Shown here: piece by piece, positions 36,064-49,625 of the stretch
Layout: each line of letters opens with the position of its first letter
How positions within the stretch are numbered: position 1 is the stretch's first letter
Program-made: the position numbers and the translations under genes
Notes under the pieces: model-generated
What the model saw: only the letters and a program-made list of their open reading frames with translations
The model's database searches: none
What the model was told of the DNA's origin: nothing
Assembly (NCBI GenBank): GCA_026770705.1
Contig: JANJGN010000038.1
Coordinates: forward strand, 13,268,001-13,332,000
Direction: 5' to 3'
DNA: 64,000 nucleotides
Source: Isurus oxyrinchus
Taxonomy: Eukaryota

Positions 36064-39000
36064 ATCTCTTCGTGGTGATCATTAATAATTTGAAGCAAAT
36101 GTATAACATATATATGCTCTAATATCCAAAATGTGCAACACGCCTTTAGAAATACCTGTGGTGCCTTCAAGCAGATTACACAAAGCATCAGCGTTCTTTC
36201 ACACATCCTGTGATTTATTCTTTGGCAATGAGGTATTTACCCAGAGGGTGGATTGAATAAATTGGAGGAAGGTACGCTCAACCTATATAGTGACCAACAT
36301 TCAACAAAACTGATGTTTGAAAGTTTTCACTCTGATAAATCAATTCTAGCCGGACAATCACCTACAATTGAGAGTCTTCTAGCTTCTGAGTATTTACTCG
36401 TCTTCTATATTTCAACCCGATGATGTCCCTCAACTGTATCATTCGAAATCGCAATTCTTTATCCCACTTAGCAGCTGAGAATGGGCTAACTCACTGGCCA
36501 TTCTCTGCATTCTCCACTGCCTCTCACTTTTGCGCTACATGTCTGACAGTCAATACCAGTGAGTACAGGTTGTCTCCTCGAGGATCGCAAAGTTATTGCT
36601 TTTGAAGCCCGCCATACATTCCATTCCCACGCTTCTGCTTCCAAACAAAAATCATCGAAAATTCTTAACCAGTGGCCCAATTCAAGGCATGTCCCCAGTT
36701 AAGCGTCACTCTTGTGCTGGCTTCAAGTCAAATAACTACAAAGTTTGAAAATTCTTATCCCTGTTTTTAAATACCTGCATGGCTTCTCTCCTCGATCAAC
36801 TGTTTCTTTTTATAGTACTCATTCGGGTAGTTTTCGTGTCGCTGGCAAGGCCTTGCTTCATCCCTAATTGTCCTAGAGAATATGGCAGCGACCATATTGA
36901 ACCATTGCAATCCACGTGGTGTATGACACGCACGATGCTGTAAGGGATTACAGGATTTTGACCCAGAAATAAAGATGGTGTGGAAATTGGAGGGGCTTTT
37001 TCAGATGGTGGTGTTCCCGTCCATCTGTTGTCCTATTCTTTCTAGATTGTAGTGGTTCTGCTTTTGGAAAGTGCTGTCAAAGTAGCGTTAGGGAGTGGCT
37101 GGAAGATCTCTTATAGATGGGTCACACTATTGGCACTGTGCATCGGGAGTGAAGAGAAAAATGTTTAAAACGTTTAACATGTTGACGACGAAGCGGAAAA
37201 CTTTATCCTGTCTATAGCTCCAGTCAGCCTGCCCTCCCGGATCTCCAAGTGCCTCCAATTCAGATCTCGTGAGCATGGTCAATTTTCTTTCTTTTCTCCT
37301 AATTATTTCATGTGATATCGCTGGCAACGCCAGCACTTGTTACCGAATTGCCCATGAGCTGATGTGTCTCGAAGCCATGGTGGAGGGCAGTTTAAAGTCA
37401 ACGAAACTGGTGTGTCCTTGAGTCACACGTAGACCGGACCATGTAAGGGTGTCAGATTTCCTTCCATCAGAGATATTAGTTCAGCGCATCTGGTTTACAG
37501 CAGTCGGTGGTAGTTTTGCGGTCACCATTACTAAGGCGATTTATACAATTACTTGCTCACTGACATCACTGTTATGCCACCAGCTCCCCATGTCCACTTA
37601 TAGAATATGGGACGTCAGCTGCCCAAACACTAAGCTCTACAAATGCATCGTTAAACCTGTGCGCTACTTCAACCTATCTCTGCTACTTCAAGAAGTGCAT
37701 TAAAGCAATGTTATTTTACAAAGATTTGGTTACTTGACCTGATTGGATCTTACTTGACCAGGCATCAGGTGTTGTCTGATTTTGCTCCTATAAAGCACCT
37801 CGAGGCTTTTTCCCCACGTTTATCGTGCTGCAAAACTGATGTTGATGTTGTTGTGCAATGAACGATCGATATGTATAATTTCCAAAGATCGCATTTGGAG
37901 ATGAGCATTGACTTTGAATTTATCCCCATAATTTTAATTTAATTACAGCGGATATCATTAACAGTTTGCTGGCTTTTGAATTAGAAGGTTGTGGGTTAAT
38001 CTCCTTTCCACAATTCTGGCACTTGATCGAGGCTCATATTGCAGTCGAACAGTGTGAAGGGTACTGAAGTCTCAGTGCTGCTGTTTTTCATTTGAGAGGC
38101 TTATTCTTGACCCGATCCGACAGTTCAGGCACATGTTGAAGACTCCAAGGAGAATTGCATGAACAGTGATATCTTCCAGAGTCTGCTATCTCTATTATGT
38201 CCAAAAGCAGCATTGTTTAGACTGGTTTCCTATTTGCTCCTTTTGTTTTCTTTAGGGGTGTTATTGAAGTTTAACTTCCTGCAGACTCAAAGACTAAAGT
38301 ATTTAAATTATTGAAAAATTATTATTATTTCCCTGTGAAGTATCTGGGAAATCCTGAATCAGTGAAAGGTGATCTACGAAGCAGGGTATGACTTTGTTGC
38401 CACCATCGTCAACCTTGTTCAACTCATACAATTTAACACACAGCACAGAATCTGTCCGTATGTACAATGTGAAGCGGACGCACCAAGAACTGATTTTTCA
38501 AAGAGAATCTCAATCTGCAGTAAATCAACTGGTAGCATTCTTGTCGCCAATAGTTACCCTGTTTTTTCTTCCCCCTTGTTTACGTGCATCAGGCCGCTAT
38601 TCATTGTGCCCTGTTGAAAAGCACACTAAAATTAAAGGCGCAGACTGGAGAGTTTGTTTGTAGGTCGCCTAACAAGGCAGTCCACAAACATCCTCACAAT
38701 CTGAAAAAGACCCATTAAAGTTTTGATGGGCAAAACAAAAACATGTCAACCACGGATCATTGCACATTTCACTTCCTGGACAGTGCATTCTGGCATAACT
38801 TTCTGTTATACTGGGTTTGCTAGGTGAGAAACATAGCAGGAGTACAATACTTCATCCATTGTTGATCTGAAATCTCAGCCATGTCATGGAAAAATGTATG
38901 CATGGTCATATAGAGAATATTTGTCCAGATGAATGTCTTGATGTACCTGCCATGACTGACTGACCCAGATTCAGCAAATGTTGCTGAGTCTTTGAGCCTC

Positions 39001-40457
39001 CAATAGTTGGAGCTCCTCTTTTATGTGTTCTGGGATCTCTCCATGCTGGAAAACATCTCGCTGAGTGAAGGAAGTAATCTTCTAAAGGGACTGGCAGCTA
39101 TATTTGTTGAAAGCTCATAGGGTGGCAGTTATCCAGGAAAACAGCTGGTCTTACTCTAGTACAGATATTTCTGTAGATCGCCCAATCATACCACGCATCA
39201 TCAGCTCATAGAGACGAAGGGCACATGGCCTGGTATAATTCAGGGTAGAGTAGGTATTGTAGGATCGAAACTCGCTTTTGAGTTGTAAAATTGGAAGGTC
39301 TTGTTTGGTTGTCTAGAAAACGAGGCCTGTCAGTTCATTCAACTCTCATAGAGGGGGAGCCAGCATTTGATGAGAACTGTGAACTTGATACAATATGACA
39401 ATGTTTATTCTGTTGTCGTGCAGGTACTCATAAAATTACGATGCTTCTGCTGCATTCACTTAAGCCACCTGCGCTCAATACAAATCGAAATATCGGCCAG
39501 GAGATGTACCATAGGACAGCATACAGAATTAGAGAGTTGATAGTAGTGACACATTCAGGGGATTGAGGGAATTGTTAACATCCTTTTTAATCCAGCCGCT
39601 CACAGTTCTATACCACAGGGTAACCATCCCTATGGGGTTACTGTGACATAATGCTGGAGCTGCCATAGGGAAATATATGAAACAATGTATTACAGAATTC
39701 ACAGGACCTTAGTAACTGACTAAACAGAGAATTGTAACCATAATATATTGCGATAGTCATAGCGAAGATGACGATACTGCAATGCTGATGTCATCAATAA
39801 CAACATAATCTAATGACATTGGGTAAAGATAAACGCCACTGTTCAGATTATAATGTCAATATATATGCACGTTAACTGGTTTAAATACCGTGGACTCATT
39901 TGTTTGTACCAACGAGTGACCTTTGCTGTAAAATGTCAGTAACTTCTGAGAGGCGAACATAAACTGCGCCGATCAGGCACAGCTCAATCTTGAGCTAAAA
40001 TCTGCATCCGCCCCCATTTTCCTGATGATCTCTTAGGTTAGGTTAGCCTGTGAACTGCAAGCGATCAGAGCCTGAGTCCACCCTTCTATTCATAGAGGGG
40101 CCGAATTCACCTTCTAAATAGATTTTTGATTATTTTGGTTTTTTCGGCTGCTAAAAGAGTAAAAATAAACTTCAATCACATGTGATTGATCATCTCTCAT
40201 GAAAAGGTGCAAATGATGCACACATTATCATTTAAAATAGCTCCTCTCTCCTATGTGCCCTGTATGACCTCGATTGTTACCACTCAATAAGCATCCCTGT
40301 GTTTTCCTAAAGTTACTTGAATCAACTTAAGGTCTTTTCATGTTCCGTTACTTTGACTTCCAATGCTGCATAGCCCTGCCAGCTGTCACTTTTGTGTTAT
40401 ATGTGGTCTATGTTCAACCTGATCTCATTTATAACACACTCCGTTTATTTATTCTAG

Positions 40458-40615
40458 AACTCCCTCAAATAATGGAAGGTCTGAACGACCAATTGGTAGA
40501 GGAAGACGGATTAGAAAACTTCGATGAGGATGTAGGCACTGCATCAACAGTAGTCGCTTTCGTCACTTTGTTCATTCTAAGTATGATATACAGCTCGTAC
40601 GTAACAGCCCTTAAG
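40458..40615 (+). CDS. IgNAR: IgNAR transmembrane exon TM1
   Basis: tttattctag| ... AAG|GTAATG, 158 nt; acidic spacer then STVVAFVTLFILSMIYSSYVTALK, matching the membrane-Ig CART pattern (F..LF.LS..YS..VT..K). Confidence 0.93.
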
Positions 40616-41054
40616 GTAATGATGGCTCACAATAGTACCGTGAAATTGTGTAACTTTATTCAGAAGTTGAGTTATTCCTGAGATATAGCAAACGTATTGT
40701 TGTAGAACTAAATATTTCAATATATGCATAATTTCAACCTTTCCCACAGCGTCAGGCTGAACTTCATTAGTCATTTCCAAAGGATTAATTGCCATATTTT
40801 ATAAGCGTCCCTAGTATGAGCTTTGAGGAGAAGACTAAATGTGTAGAAATATTAGAGACACATAAAGGAGGGTAATATATCAATAATGAAAAAAAAAAGA
40901 TGCACTGTTCCGAGATTCTGGATCTTTAGGCCAATGATCTGGAAAAGTTGGTGATGTGATGGCAAATTCCGTGAAGCATTGAGCATATTTCTGAAGTCAC
41001 GAGAACTTTTCTCTGAAGGAAAGGGGAACGCACAAGCAAAGCGTTTGCATGTAA

Positions 41055-41420
41055 ACCTGGATCACTGTAAAGAGATGAAGAATGTATTGATTGCAGATTG
41101 ATGAGAGATGGATCAATGTCAATAGATGAGAAAATCATTTATTATTATTGCTGGGAGGTGGAATACAGTGCTGGTTGAGGAAAGCACTAGCTCATAAGGC
41201 TGTGAAGTGAATCACTGTGAAGTGATTAAGAAAGTGTAACCTATGAAATGATGGGAAATGGATCACTGTGGAGAAACAGGGAAAACAGTGACTATGGAAG
41301 GAGGTGGTGTGGCCATTGGAGAGATGAAAACAAACATTGACTATGGAAGATTACCAAAATGGAACATTGTTAAAAGGTGAGTAGGGAATTTACTACAGAA
41401 GAAGTGGAGAAAATGTTAGC
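41055..41420 (+). repeat. Degenerate ~50-nt minisatellite, purine-rich (paralog at about 59380-59760)
   Basis: GGATCACTGT-like motif recurs at 41059, 41110, 41160, 41209, 41260, 41311, 41361. Confidence 0.65.
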
Positions 41421-41589
41421 TTTAAATCGATAAGCAAATGATAAAAGACGAAGGTTGGTTGGCACAAAAATCCACAATCATAGAAAAATAAACTATAGAT
41501 GTAGGATTCAATTGTAGCAAATGAAAACAGTTAAGGTTAGGATTAAACCGAAGTGGAAAGATTATGTCAAGAAGAATACAAAGGGAAAT

Positions 41590-44500
41590 TTGACAGCTGG
41601 GTGCTCACCCTCCTCCGCTGTTCATTCAGATTGTGGCTGGTCTGTGCTTTAGTGAATGAAGCACATCTTGCCTTCGTGTTTATTAATATTCCTAACTAAC
41701 AAAAGTCTTTCACACGCAGTTGTAAGCATTTAACTTGGCATCCAACCTCAACATTTTTATTTCCATTTTGGCTGAGGGGAGATTGTTAGATTGTGTCCAG
41801 TCAATATGTAAAGAAGTGTTCCCTGGATTCGTCCCTGAAATAACTAACTCTACTTCTAAGGTTTTTTCCACGTTGTTGTCGTATGGTAGATTTTTGTTTT
41901 TAAATTATTACTATATTAACAGCCATATAAATTAATTATTTCAGCAACTCAATTAGATCACTCTGTAATATTCATGGCAACACAAGCCGAATGTCAAGAT
42001 CATGCTGGCATAATTTTAACCGTTTTATGACCGGTGTCATTCTGGTGAATCTCTGTTCCATCCCTTCATGCACTTCCTGATTTGGGCTTCCCAGAACTGA
42101 ACACAGTAACAGGAGCTTTGTACAACTGAGACAAGACATCTACCCTTTTATATTCCACCTACCCCATGGCCAGGGTTTGAGCCAACTCTCCATTTGCTTC
42201 TTTAATTATTTGTTTTCCTTTCCCACTCACTTTGAGGATTTCCACAGTTGGAACGCTAATTATTCGAGATGGTCGATAATTATAATTGTCTCATTGTTAG
42301 AAAATAACAATCGTATATCTTCCTTAGTTTCAGACTAGATGACCTCACGTTTCCACAGGACACTTTACCTATCATTGTGCAGAGCCTACCCCAATCCCCC
42401 ATTGATTTAATTTTAGGAAGACCATTCGCAACTTTCTACTCTTTGCTGTGCTGCTTAAATGAGCATTGTCAGCAAACTGAGGTGTCCGGCTCTCTATTCC
42501 GTCGTCTCAAACCGTTGACAGGCATCGCAGAAAATGTACATCCCAATTCAGAGACCCTCCTTCCAGAGACAATTAGCCGACAATTGCAACACTGTCAGCT
42601 GTTCCATTATTTACGAAAATCTACTCATGATCGTTTCTATTCTAACATCCTATGTTTACCAGTGCCTCCACATAACTAAATGTTTTATTTCTGGTGCCAT
42701 TCCAGTATTTCTTATTGCTACTTTCGCTAAGCCTTTACATCCTGAAGGGTAGTGCTCAGAACTGGAGACAATACTGATCTATGGTTCCTGGAATATCCCC
42801 CAACACTGGAGAGAGGGGAGCAGACGTGTCAGTCAATGGCATAATATTATCCTTTTCTGGACAGGATGCGTCATTGATAAGCTTCCATTCCCCTGTAACT
42901 AGACCCATATTAAAGCAAAACTGGAACGTTGTGTCCAGACTATTTGTACTTGTAATCCGTACTTCACTAATCCATTTTGGATGTATCTCATCCAGCTGGG
43001 TGAATTTTTAACTTTGCGCACCGGCAGAACATGAACTTCTTCCCTTGCATCTGTGCTTCTCCTCTCCGTTTTTTCTTTCCAGTGCCACCTCCTGAATGTG
43101 ACATTTGCAGCATTATCTTCTTCCCTGAAGTCATATGCAAAGTATTAACTTAATGCCTAAGTCGCCCCCTCTGCCTCCAGAACAGAGTTCCCTTTCGCTT
43201 TTTATTCGACTCACCCTTATTTTGACTAGACGTTTTCTCTTTACATGATTAGAACAGAGGTTTAGACTCACCTCTCTGTTACCTGATAATCTATTGTCAA
43301 ATGCTCTTTGCCACTTTCATTTAAGCTCTTAACTCTCCCTTTGTGTGCTTTGTGTAACCAAACTATCACCACTCAGAGAGCCTCCTCTTTTTCACTTAGT
43401 GTTTTGCTTAAAGTCTTTCATTTCAATCCATCTGGACCACATCACCTTTCCATTCAGCGAACTTACTGCCACCTCCGTTGAATATTTTCACATATGATTA
43501 TTCCTTCGAGGAACCCATATGCACTTTAAATATAATGAGATTATCATTATTTCCCATATTATCTCCAACTGCTACATGCTGCACTTAATTTCTTAGAGCT
43601 AGATACTCCACAGCTTCCTTCGTTGCTGGGATGTAAAACACAGTGACCGTGAGAACTATCTTATCTACATTGCAGGAGTTCCTCCATGTCTTTTTGTTTG
43701 ATACTGTTTCATTCAGCCTTGTATAAGAAATGATGCCCCCTATCGCCACTACGCTGGATTTCTCGCAGATTTCTGTGATGTTCCTGTAGTTTTGCTCCTC
43801 CATTTGCTCCCCATTATGTTTTGGTGCAAAGTATACGCTTAGCACCTAATAGTTTTTCTGGTATTCATCAGTTCTACTGAAACAAATTCCGTTTTTGAAC
43901 TCTTAAGTACACCAACACTTTCTTGTGCTTACATATTATATTTGATCAAAGTGCCACCCTTCCTCTTTTTTTCCTTCCTCATCTCTCCTGAAAACATTGT
44001 CGACATGATTACAAATTCTTCCCTCATTTCATCTAGATCTCCGTTATTGCCTTTACAACATGATGCTATGTGTCCTCTAGTGTCTGCAGCCCAATGATGT
44101 TAATGAACATTTAGCAGGAATTGACACACATGGACAGAATGTGATCTTCGATTGTTATGAAATTCGCCCTACCTTAGGCATCCTAACTCTGAGCTGTTCT
44201 TCAATCAAATCCAGTTTGTTTCTTTAAGCTCTCTGTGCAACTCTTCTCTGACATCTCGTTCTTCATCTGCTGTCTGAGGTGTGCCTTCTCTGCCATACTC
44301 ATTTAAAGTCTCTGTCACTACATGGTTAACATTCCTGCGACGGCATTGATTCCAGTCCTCTTTGTGGGCAAAAAATCTACCTTGTACAGGTCCCAGCAAC
44401 GCCTCAACTGGCCCCAGTGGTCCCGTAATTTAAAGCATCTTCTGAACAGTTTCACCACCCGCTCATTAACCTAATTAATGTTGCTGCTTTTGCACTAACT

Positions 44501-45070
44501 GTCCTGTACCACTGGGACTAATCGAGAGATTGCCAACATGAAGGTTATGCTATTGGTGCTTAAACTACTTGTGTTGCACCTCAATCTTTTCCCTACCTAC
44601 ATTATTGGTTGAAACGTGGACTGTGACGTTTGGTTGTTCCCCTTCCCTTCCTAAAATCTCCTCCATCTACTCAGTGATGTAACTGACTTTGGCACTATTG
44701 AGGTAAAGCGAAACTCATGTTGCTGTTGGCAGAAGCGCCGGCCAATTCCCCGGACTATCGAGTTCCCTAAGGAACTGCAATCCTCCACGTTGTGATTCAC
44801 CGAAGTGTTTCATTCTGGCCCATAGTGCCGTGGATGATAACGGGACAGCTCTAATCAAAGCCCTGCAATCCGATTTGAATATGTAACAATCCTGGAGGAT
44901 TCCTGCACTGTGAGCATTTCCTTAACCTATTGGATGGCCAACTACTTACTAACCTCCTGAACACTGGTTGGCAGGATGAAAACCTCCTGGGATTAATGCA
45001 CTTCAGGAGATTCTTAGCCCCGCAGTAACTCCAACTGCTCCTCAATTAATATACACGAGTTGTTTGAGTT
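41590..45070 (-). mobile_element. Old, largely deleted CR1-type LINE (antisense) in the TM1-TM2 intron; duplicated at about 59930-64000
   Basis: Minus-strand remnants of the 3' end, RT/endonuclease region (GLVTGEWKLINDAP) and ORF1-like region. Confidence 0.6.
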
Positions 45071-47090
45071 CCTTTGCACGTTACTCATGTTTATTATTTT
45101 ATTCATGTTGGAAACATGATGGTTATTTATGAATTTTGATCCGGGTAATTTTGATTTCCTCTACCGTGGGATCGTAAACGAAGTCCCGTTTCCTTCATCA
45201 GAGAGAAGCAAACGATCCTTTGACATTACTTCGAAGAAGGGTGGAGAGGTTCTCCCGAAACCCTGTGAAATATTTATCACTCAGTCAACATCATGAAAAG
45301 GAGATTATCTGGTCATTATCACATTGAGCTTTCTGGTAGATTGTTGAGGGCAAATAGACTGCTACGATCCGTACATTACAAAACTGATTACAGCACAGGA
45401 AGATTTCACTGGCCAGACAGCGCACTGGACGTTCTGTGGTGGTGAATAGCACTCCATAAATGCGATTCTTCCTTTTTTTAATTAATATTTCTCTCTCTAA
45501 TCTAATATGATTTTCCAGCTTTCTGTCTATACTTATTGATCTACCATTTTTAATAAAGACGTATTCCCTGGATTGCACTTGGTTTTAGACCCCTATGTAT
45601 AATCCAGTAGGAGAGCGACACATTGATACAGAGTTGGAGACAACGGATATGTCTCAAGTTAAACAAGTTGTTAAAGTTCAAATTCTGAGCAATTACACGT
45701 TCAAGTGTGAACAATTATTTTGTTTCTCTCTCACACTTGATATGTTTCATCATCTCTCTGGTTTTCTATCTCTCTTTCCGACTAACCATCTCCCAACCTG
45801 TCATCTTTCTGTTTATATCTGTATGTACTTAATAATATTCCTCTCATGTACGCAAACATGCACACACACACCAGAACATCTGTAGCATTGCACAGGGAGT
45901 ATCGGGAGCAAGGATTGCTTTCATATGTAGAAATCAAAGGATAATTAGAGCAAGGACATTATTCAGTTCACATTCCAAAGTCATTTTCTCAGTCCTTATT
46001 CCCCCCATAGAATTATAAATTCCTAACTGCACATTTGCAATGTAGATTGCGAGCATTCGCTTATTAGGTAGTGATTACAAACAGAAACTAACAGCAATGT
46101 TGTTTTCAGCATTCCCATCCTCTCTGACAATCGCAATCTTTAGTTCAACCAACTGCACTTCTCTCCTCCCAAAACTGCTGTAGGATTAACCATTTAGCTA
46201 AAATATTCTTCATGTAACATCAACGTATTTTCTAAATCTTATGTCATGATCCATGATATTAAAATGGAGAATGCAGATACTTACTCACCTGGTGAGATTA
46301 TACTGAAAAACAATTCACTGGAATTCGAAGGAACAGAGGAGAGCATATGAGATCACTGACAATACTAACAGAGAGGGTGCATTAGACTTTGAACAGGACA
46401 TGGCAGTACAATAGAAAGCAGTTTAATTTAGTCTTGCGGGTAAATGAATGACAATTTATGTGCACACAGAGACCAAGTGAGGACCTGTTTTTTTGTGCGT
46501 AGGGATAGTCAACGGAACTAATGCGGAAATGGGAAAGTTCTGAACAGATACACATGAATAAAAGAATTTGTTGTCCAGGTCAATATTTCATTGAAAGCTA
46601 GCAGGTGATCAAAATACTAATGGGATGGTGTTTTTCTGGTCCAAACATATTGAGTAAGCAGCAATTAAAAAAAAAGACCATCGTTAAAATCTCATTTGGA
46701 ATGCAATGTTCAGATCATAGGAACTGCAGATGGACCACGTTAGGTGTGCTAGGAATCAAGCAATGATTCACAAGCATCGGCACATTTGTTTCTGTAAATT
46801 GTATAATTATTCTGGGGTATTTAAAATAAGATAACAAATAATTCACTTTTCATTTATACGATCAAGAAGACACATGACAAGTGAGATTTTCTGTACTTAG
46901 GGTTCTGATTGTTGATGGCGGGGGGTAATTACCAAGACCTAGAAAGATCTTTATCTTTCACGATAGTTATCGATAATATTGTTGTTATTGTTGTAGTTGT
47001 TGTGTACTCCGGACTTTTCAGTTGAATTGCACATCATCTTTCTCATTTCGTTACTCACTAGTTTTAATGTTATGCTTTTTTTCACTGCAG

Positions 47091-47099
47091 GTGGTATAG
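47091..47099 (+). CDS. IgNAR: Probable IgNAR TM2 exon (Val-Val-stop; cytoplasmic tail KVV)
   Basis: Strong acceptor tttttttcactgcag|GTG GTA TAG, phase 0 matching the TM1 donor; two-codon exon like Ig mu M2; unique sequence and AATAAA downstream. Confidence 0.7.
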   Translation: MV

Positions 47100-47375
47100 C
47101 AGCTGCTTGACCAGAGGGCACTTCAGCTTTATATTCAAAGCTTGTTGGCGAAGTTCTCTTGGGGACAGATTGTGTTACTCTATCAGCGTTAGCAGCTGCT
47201 CCATTAGACCACTTCACCTTGTGGTTGCTGCACAGCCTCAGCCAATCCATGGCAACTCTGCTTAATTTAGCTCTATTAGCTCATTATTTAACGCTACCTT
47301 TCTTAAACAGCAGCGCTAAATCGAATTGTGCATCATTACAACAACCCTGTATGTTCGGCAAATCCCACAGAATCA

Positions 47376-47386
47376 ATTAAAATAAA
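47376..47386 (+). terminator. Membrane-form polyadenylation signal
   Basis: Overlapping ATTAAA/AATAAA (AATAAA at 47381-47386), about 280 nt after the TM2 stop. Confidence 0.55.
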
Positions 47387-48199
47387 TTGAGAAGAAAACA
47401 TTGAATGCCGCTATGTGTAAGTACTACTTTTGAAATAGTAGGTTTGTTTCTTGTCTCAGTCATTTGTTAAATATTTCATGACAATTTGAATTGGAAAATT
47501 AACAAGAAAAAGGCCCTTACCACTTCAGTGAGCTCGCAGACAACCCACCAGGCTTGTCGGACCTGCCCTTGTCCTAGGATGAGTTAAGACTGGCCGACAG
47601 TTAAAGAAGGGGCAGGCATTCCCTATAGGAAATGAAAACACACACGTGAATAATCCCAAACATACATCCTTGAAACAAGATCTGCAGCAATAGTAAGCAT
47701 TCATCTGGTCACCGCCTATATTAATAATCCTATTTTGTTAAGGAAATACTTTCTCTACTGGCATTTGTTCCAGAGTTGTTAATGGGCCATATCTGAATGT
47801 GGAAATTATTTAATTAGTGCTGCGTAACTGAGCAAATTTTCAAAAGGTTTTGTACATATCTCAAATACAGCCCCCAGAGGATACAGCGTTGCATCTTCGC
47901 TTACTAGCGTCATGTGAATAACATAGACATTGTTTTCTGGCACAGTGGCACGGGTTTACATCCTTGTAGAGACCCAATGGAAACTGAAAGCGGACCTGAC
48001 TGCTTGTTAGCTACACAGGTACCTGAAACATATGTTTAAAAACAAAACCCTTGTTTCAACACATGCTTGTGAATTCCTCTGGAGGCTTGTTGCTCTGAGA
48101 TCCCTGATGCCTCCAAATCAATTCCTCTGAAGATCTATTTCTGGCCAAATTTTAACATGTTTGACGAAAATCCGATAAGGGTACAAGAAGGGAGAACCT

Positions 48200-49625
48200 A
48201 TATCACAGAATCACAAAATCATAATGGCACAGAAGGAGACCATTCGGCCCATCGTGTCTGCACCAGATCCCCAAATGAGCATAATGAACTAGTGTCCTTG
48301 TCCTGCATTTTCCCCGTACCCCTGTGCATTGTTTCTATTCAAATAAATATCCAATGCCCTCTTCAACCTCCATTGAATCTGCTTCCTCCATACTTCTAGG
48401 CAGTGCCTTCCAGACCCGAACTACTGTTTTGTTAAAGCATTGTCTCTCACGGCACATTTGCTTCCTTTGCACATCACGTTAAGTCTGTGTCCTCACGTTC
48501 ATTATCCTTTAACAACAGGCAATAGCTTCTCCTTATCTAATCTATTCAGGTTCCTCGTGATTTTGAACATCTCTATCAAATCCCCCCTTAGCCTTCATCT
48601 CTCCAACTTCTTCAATCTATCCACATAACTGAAGATTCTCATCCGTGGAACTATTCTTGTAAACCTCTTCTGCACTCTCTCCAATGTGTTTACATCCTTC
48701 CTATAATGTTGCGCCCAGAACTGTACACAGTACCCCAGCTGAAGCCTAGTGAGTGTCGTATATAAAATCAGCTAACCTCCGTGCTCTTGTACATTATGCC
48801 CCTATTAACAATGTCCAGTATATTATCTGCTGTGTTAACTGCTCTCTCCACCTGTCCTTCCACATTCAATTATCTATGCACATCAACACCACAGGTCTTT
48901 CTACTCTTGCACCCTCTTTAGAATTTTATCCCTTATTTTATACTGTCTGTACATGTTCATCCTATAAAATAGAACACTCACACTTCGCCGCATTGAACTT
49001 CATCACCTACCTCCCCAGTCCACCAACTTGGCTATGTCCACTGTGCTCCTTGCTGTTTACAACAATCCTAAGCTGAGTATCATCCGCAAGCGTTCAAATT
49101 CTCCCCTGCACACCAGATTTAGATCATTAACAAATATCAGGACAAGCAATAGTCTCAATGCCGACCTCTGGGGAACTCCACTGCAAATCTCCATCAAGCC
49201 AGCAAAATATCCATTGACCATGAGTTTCTGCCTCCTAGTTTTTTGAGATAATATTGCACCGACATTGTTACAGTCCCCTTCATTCCATGAGCAATAACAT
49301 TTCTCAAAAGTCTGTTGTTTGGCACTGTATCAAATGCCTTTTGAAATTCCATGTGCACCATGTAAACCCTCATTGACATTTTGTGTTGCCTTTTCAAATA
49401 ACTCCAGTAAGTTCGTTAAACACGATTTCTCCCTGAGAAATCCATGCTGTTTCTTGCTTACCAACCATTATTTTTGCATGTGACTGCTAATTCTATCCAT
49501 AATATTTTTTTTCTAGAATCTTGCCCACCACTGAAGTTAAGCTGACTGGTATTTAATCACTGAGCTTATTCTTACAACCTTATTTGAACCAGGGTGTAAT
49601 GCTTCCAATTCCCCAGCACTTTCCA
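48200..49625 (-). mobile_element. CR1-type LINE 3' portion (antisense)
   Basis: Minus-strand MEFQKAFDTVPNNRLL...AHGMKG; tail repeat (atcacaga)n near 48201-48220. Confidence 0.8.

Larger units (their letters stand above)
40007..45080 (+). repeat. Segmental duplication, copy 1 (TM1 exon and downstream intron)
   Basis: Collinear with 58359-64000 starting at TCCGCCCCCATTTTCCTGATGATCTCTTAGG; similarity persists to the window end. Confidence 0.92.
9801..47099 (+). other. IgNAR: Germline IgNAR (new antigen receptor) gene cluster: L-V-D1-D2-D3-J-C1-C2-C3-C4-C5(sec)-TM1-TM2
   Basis: VNAR framework motifs, three RSS-flanked D segments, one J, five Ig C1-set exons and a membrane exon, in the one-V-per-cluster organisation of cartilaginous fish; all junctions GT-AG and phase compatible. 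Confidence 0.97.

Noticed and set aside
38630-40010. Possible decayed DNA transposon next to the duplication breakpoint
   Set aside because: TIR match too weak and no transposase motif could be read.
41213-41270. Perfect CACTGTG heptamers in the TM intron array
   Set aside because: No convincing nonamer at RSS spacing and no adjacent gene segment.
45170-45205. Minus-strand CTGATGA..GAAAC hammerhead-like string
   Set aside because: No room for stem II between the core motifs.
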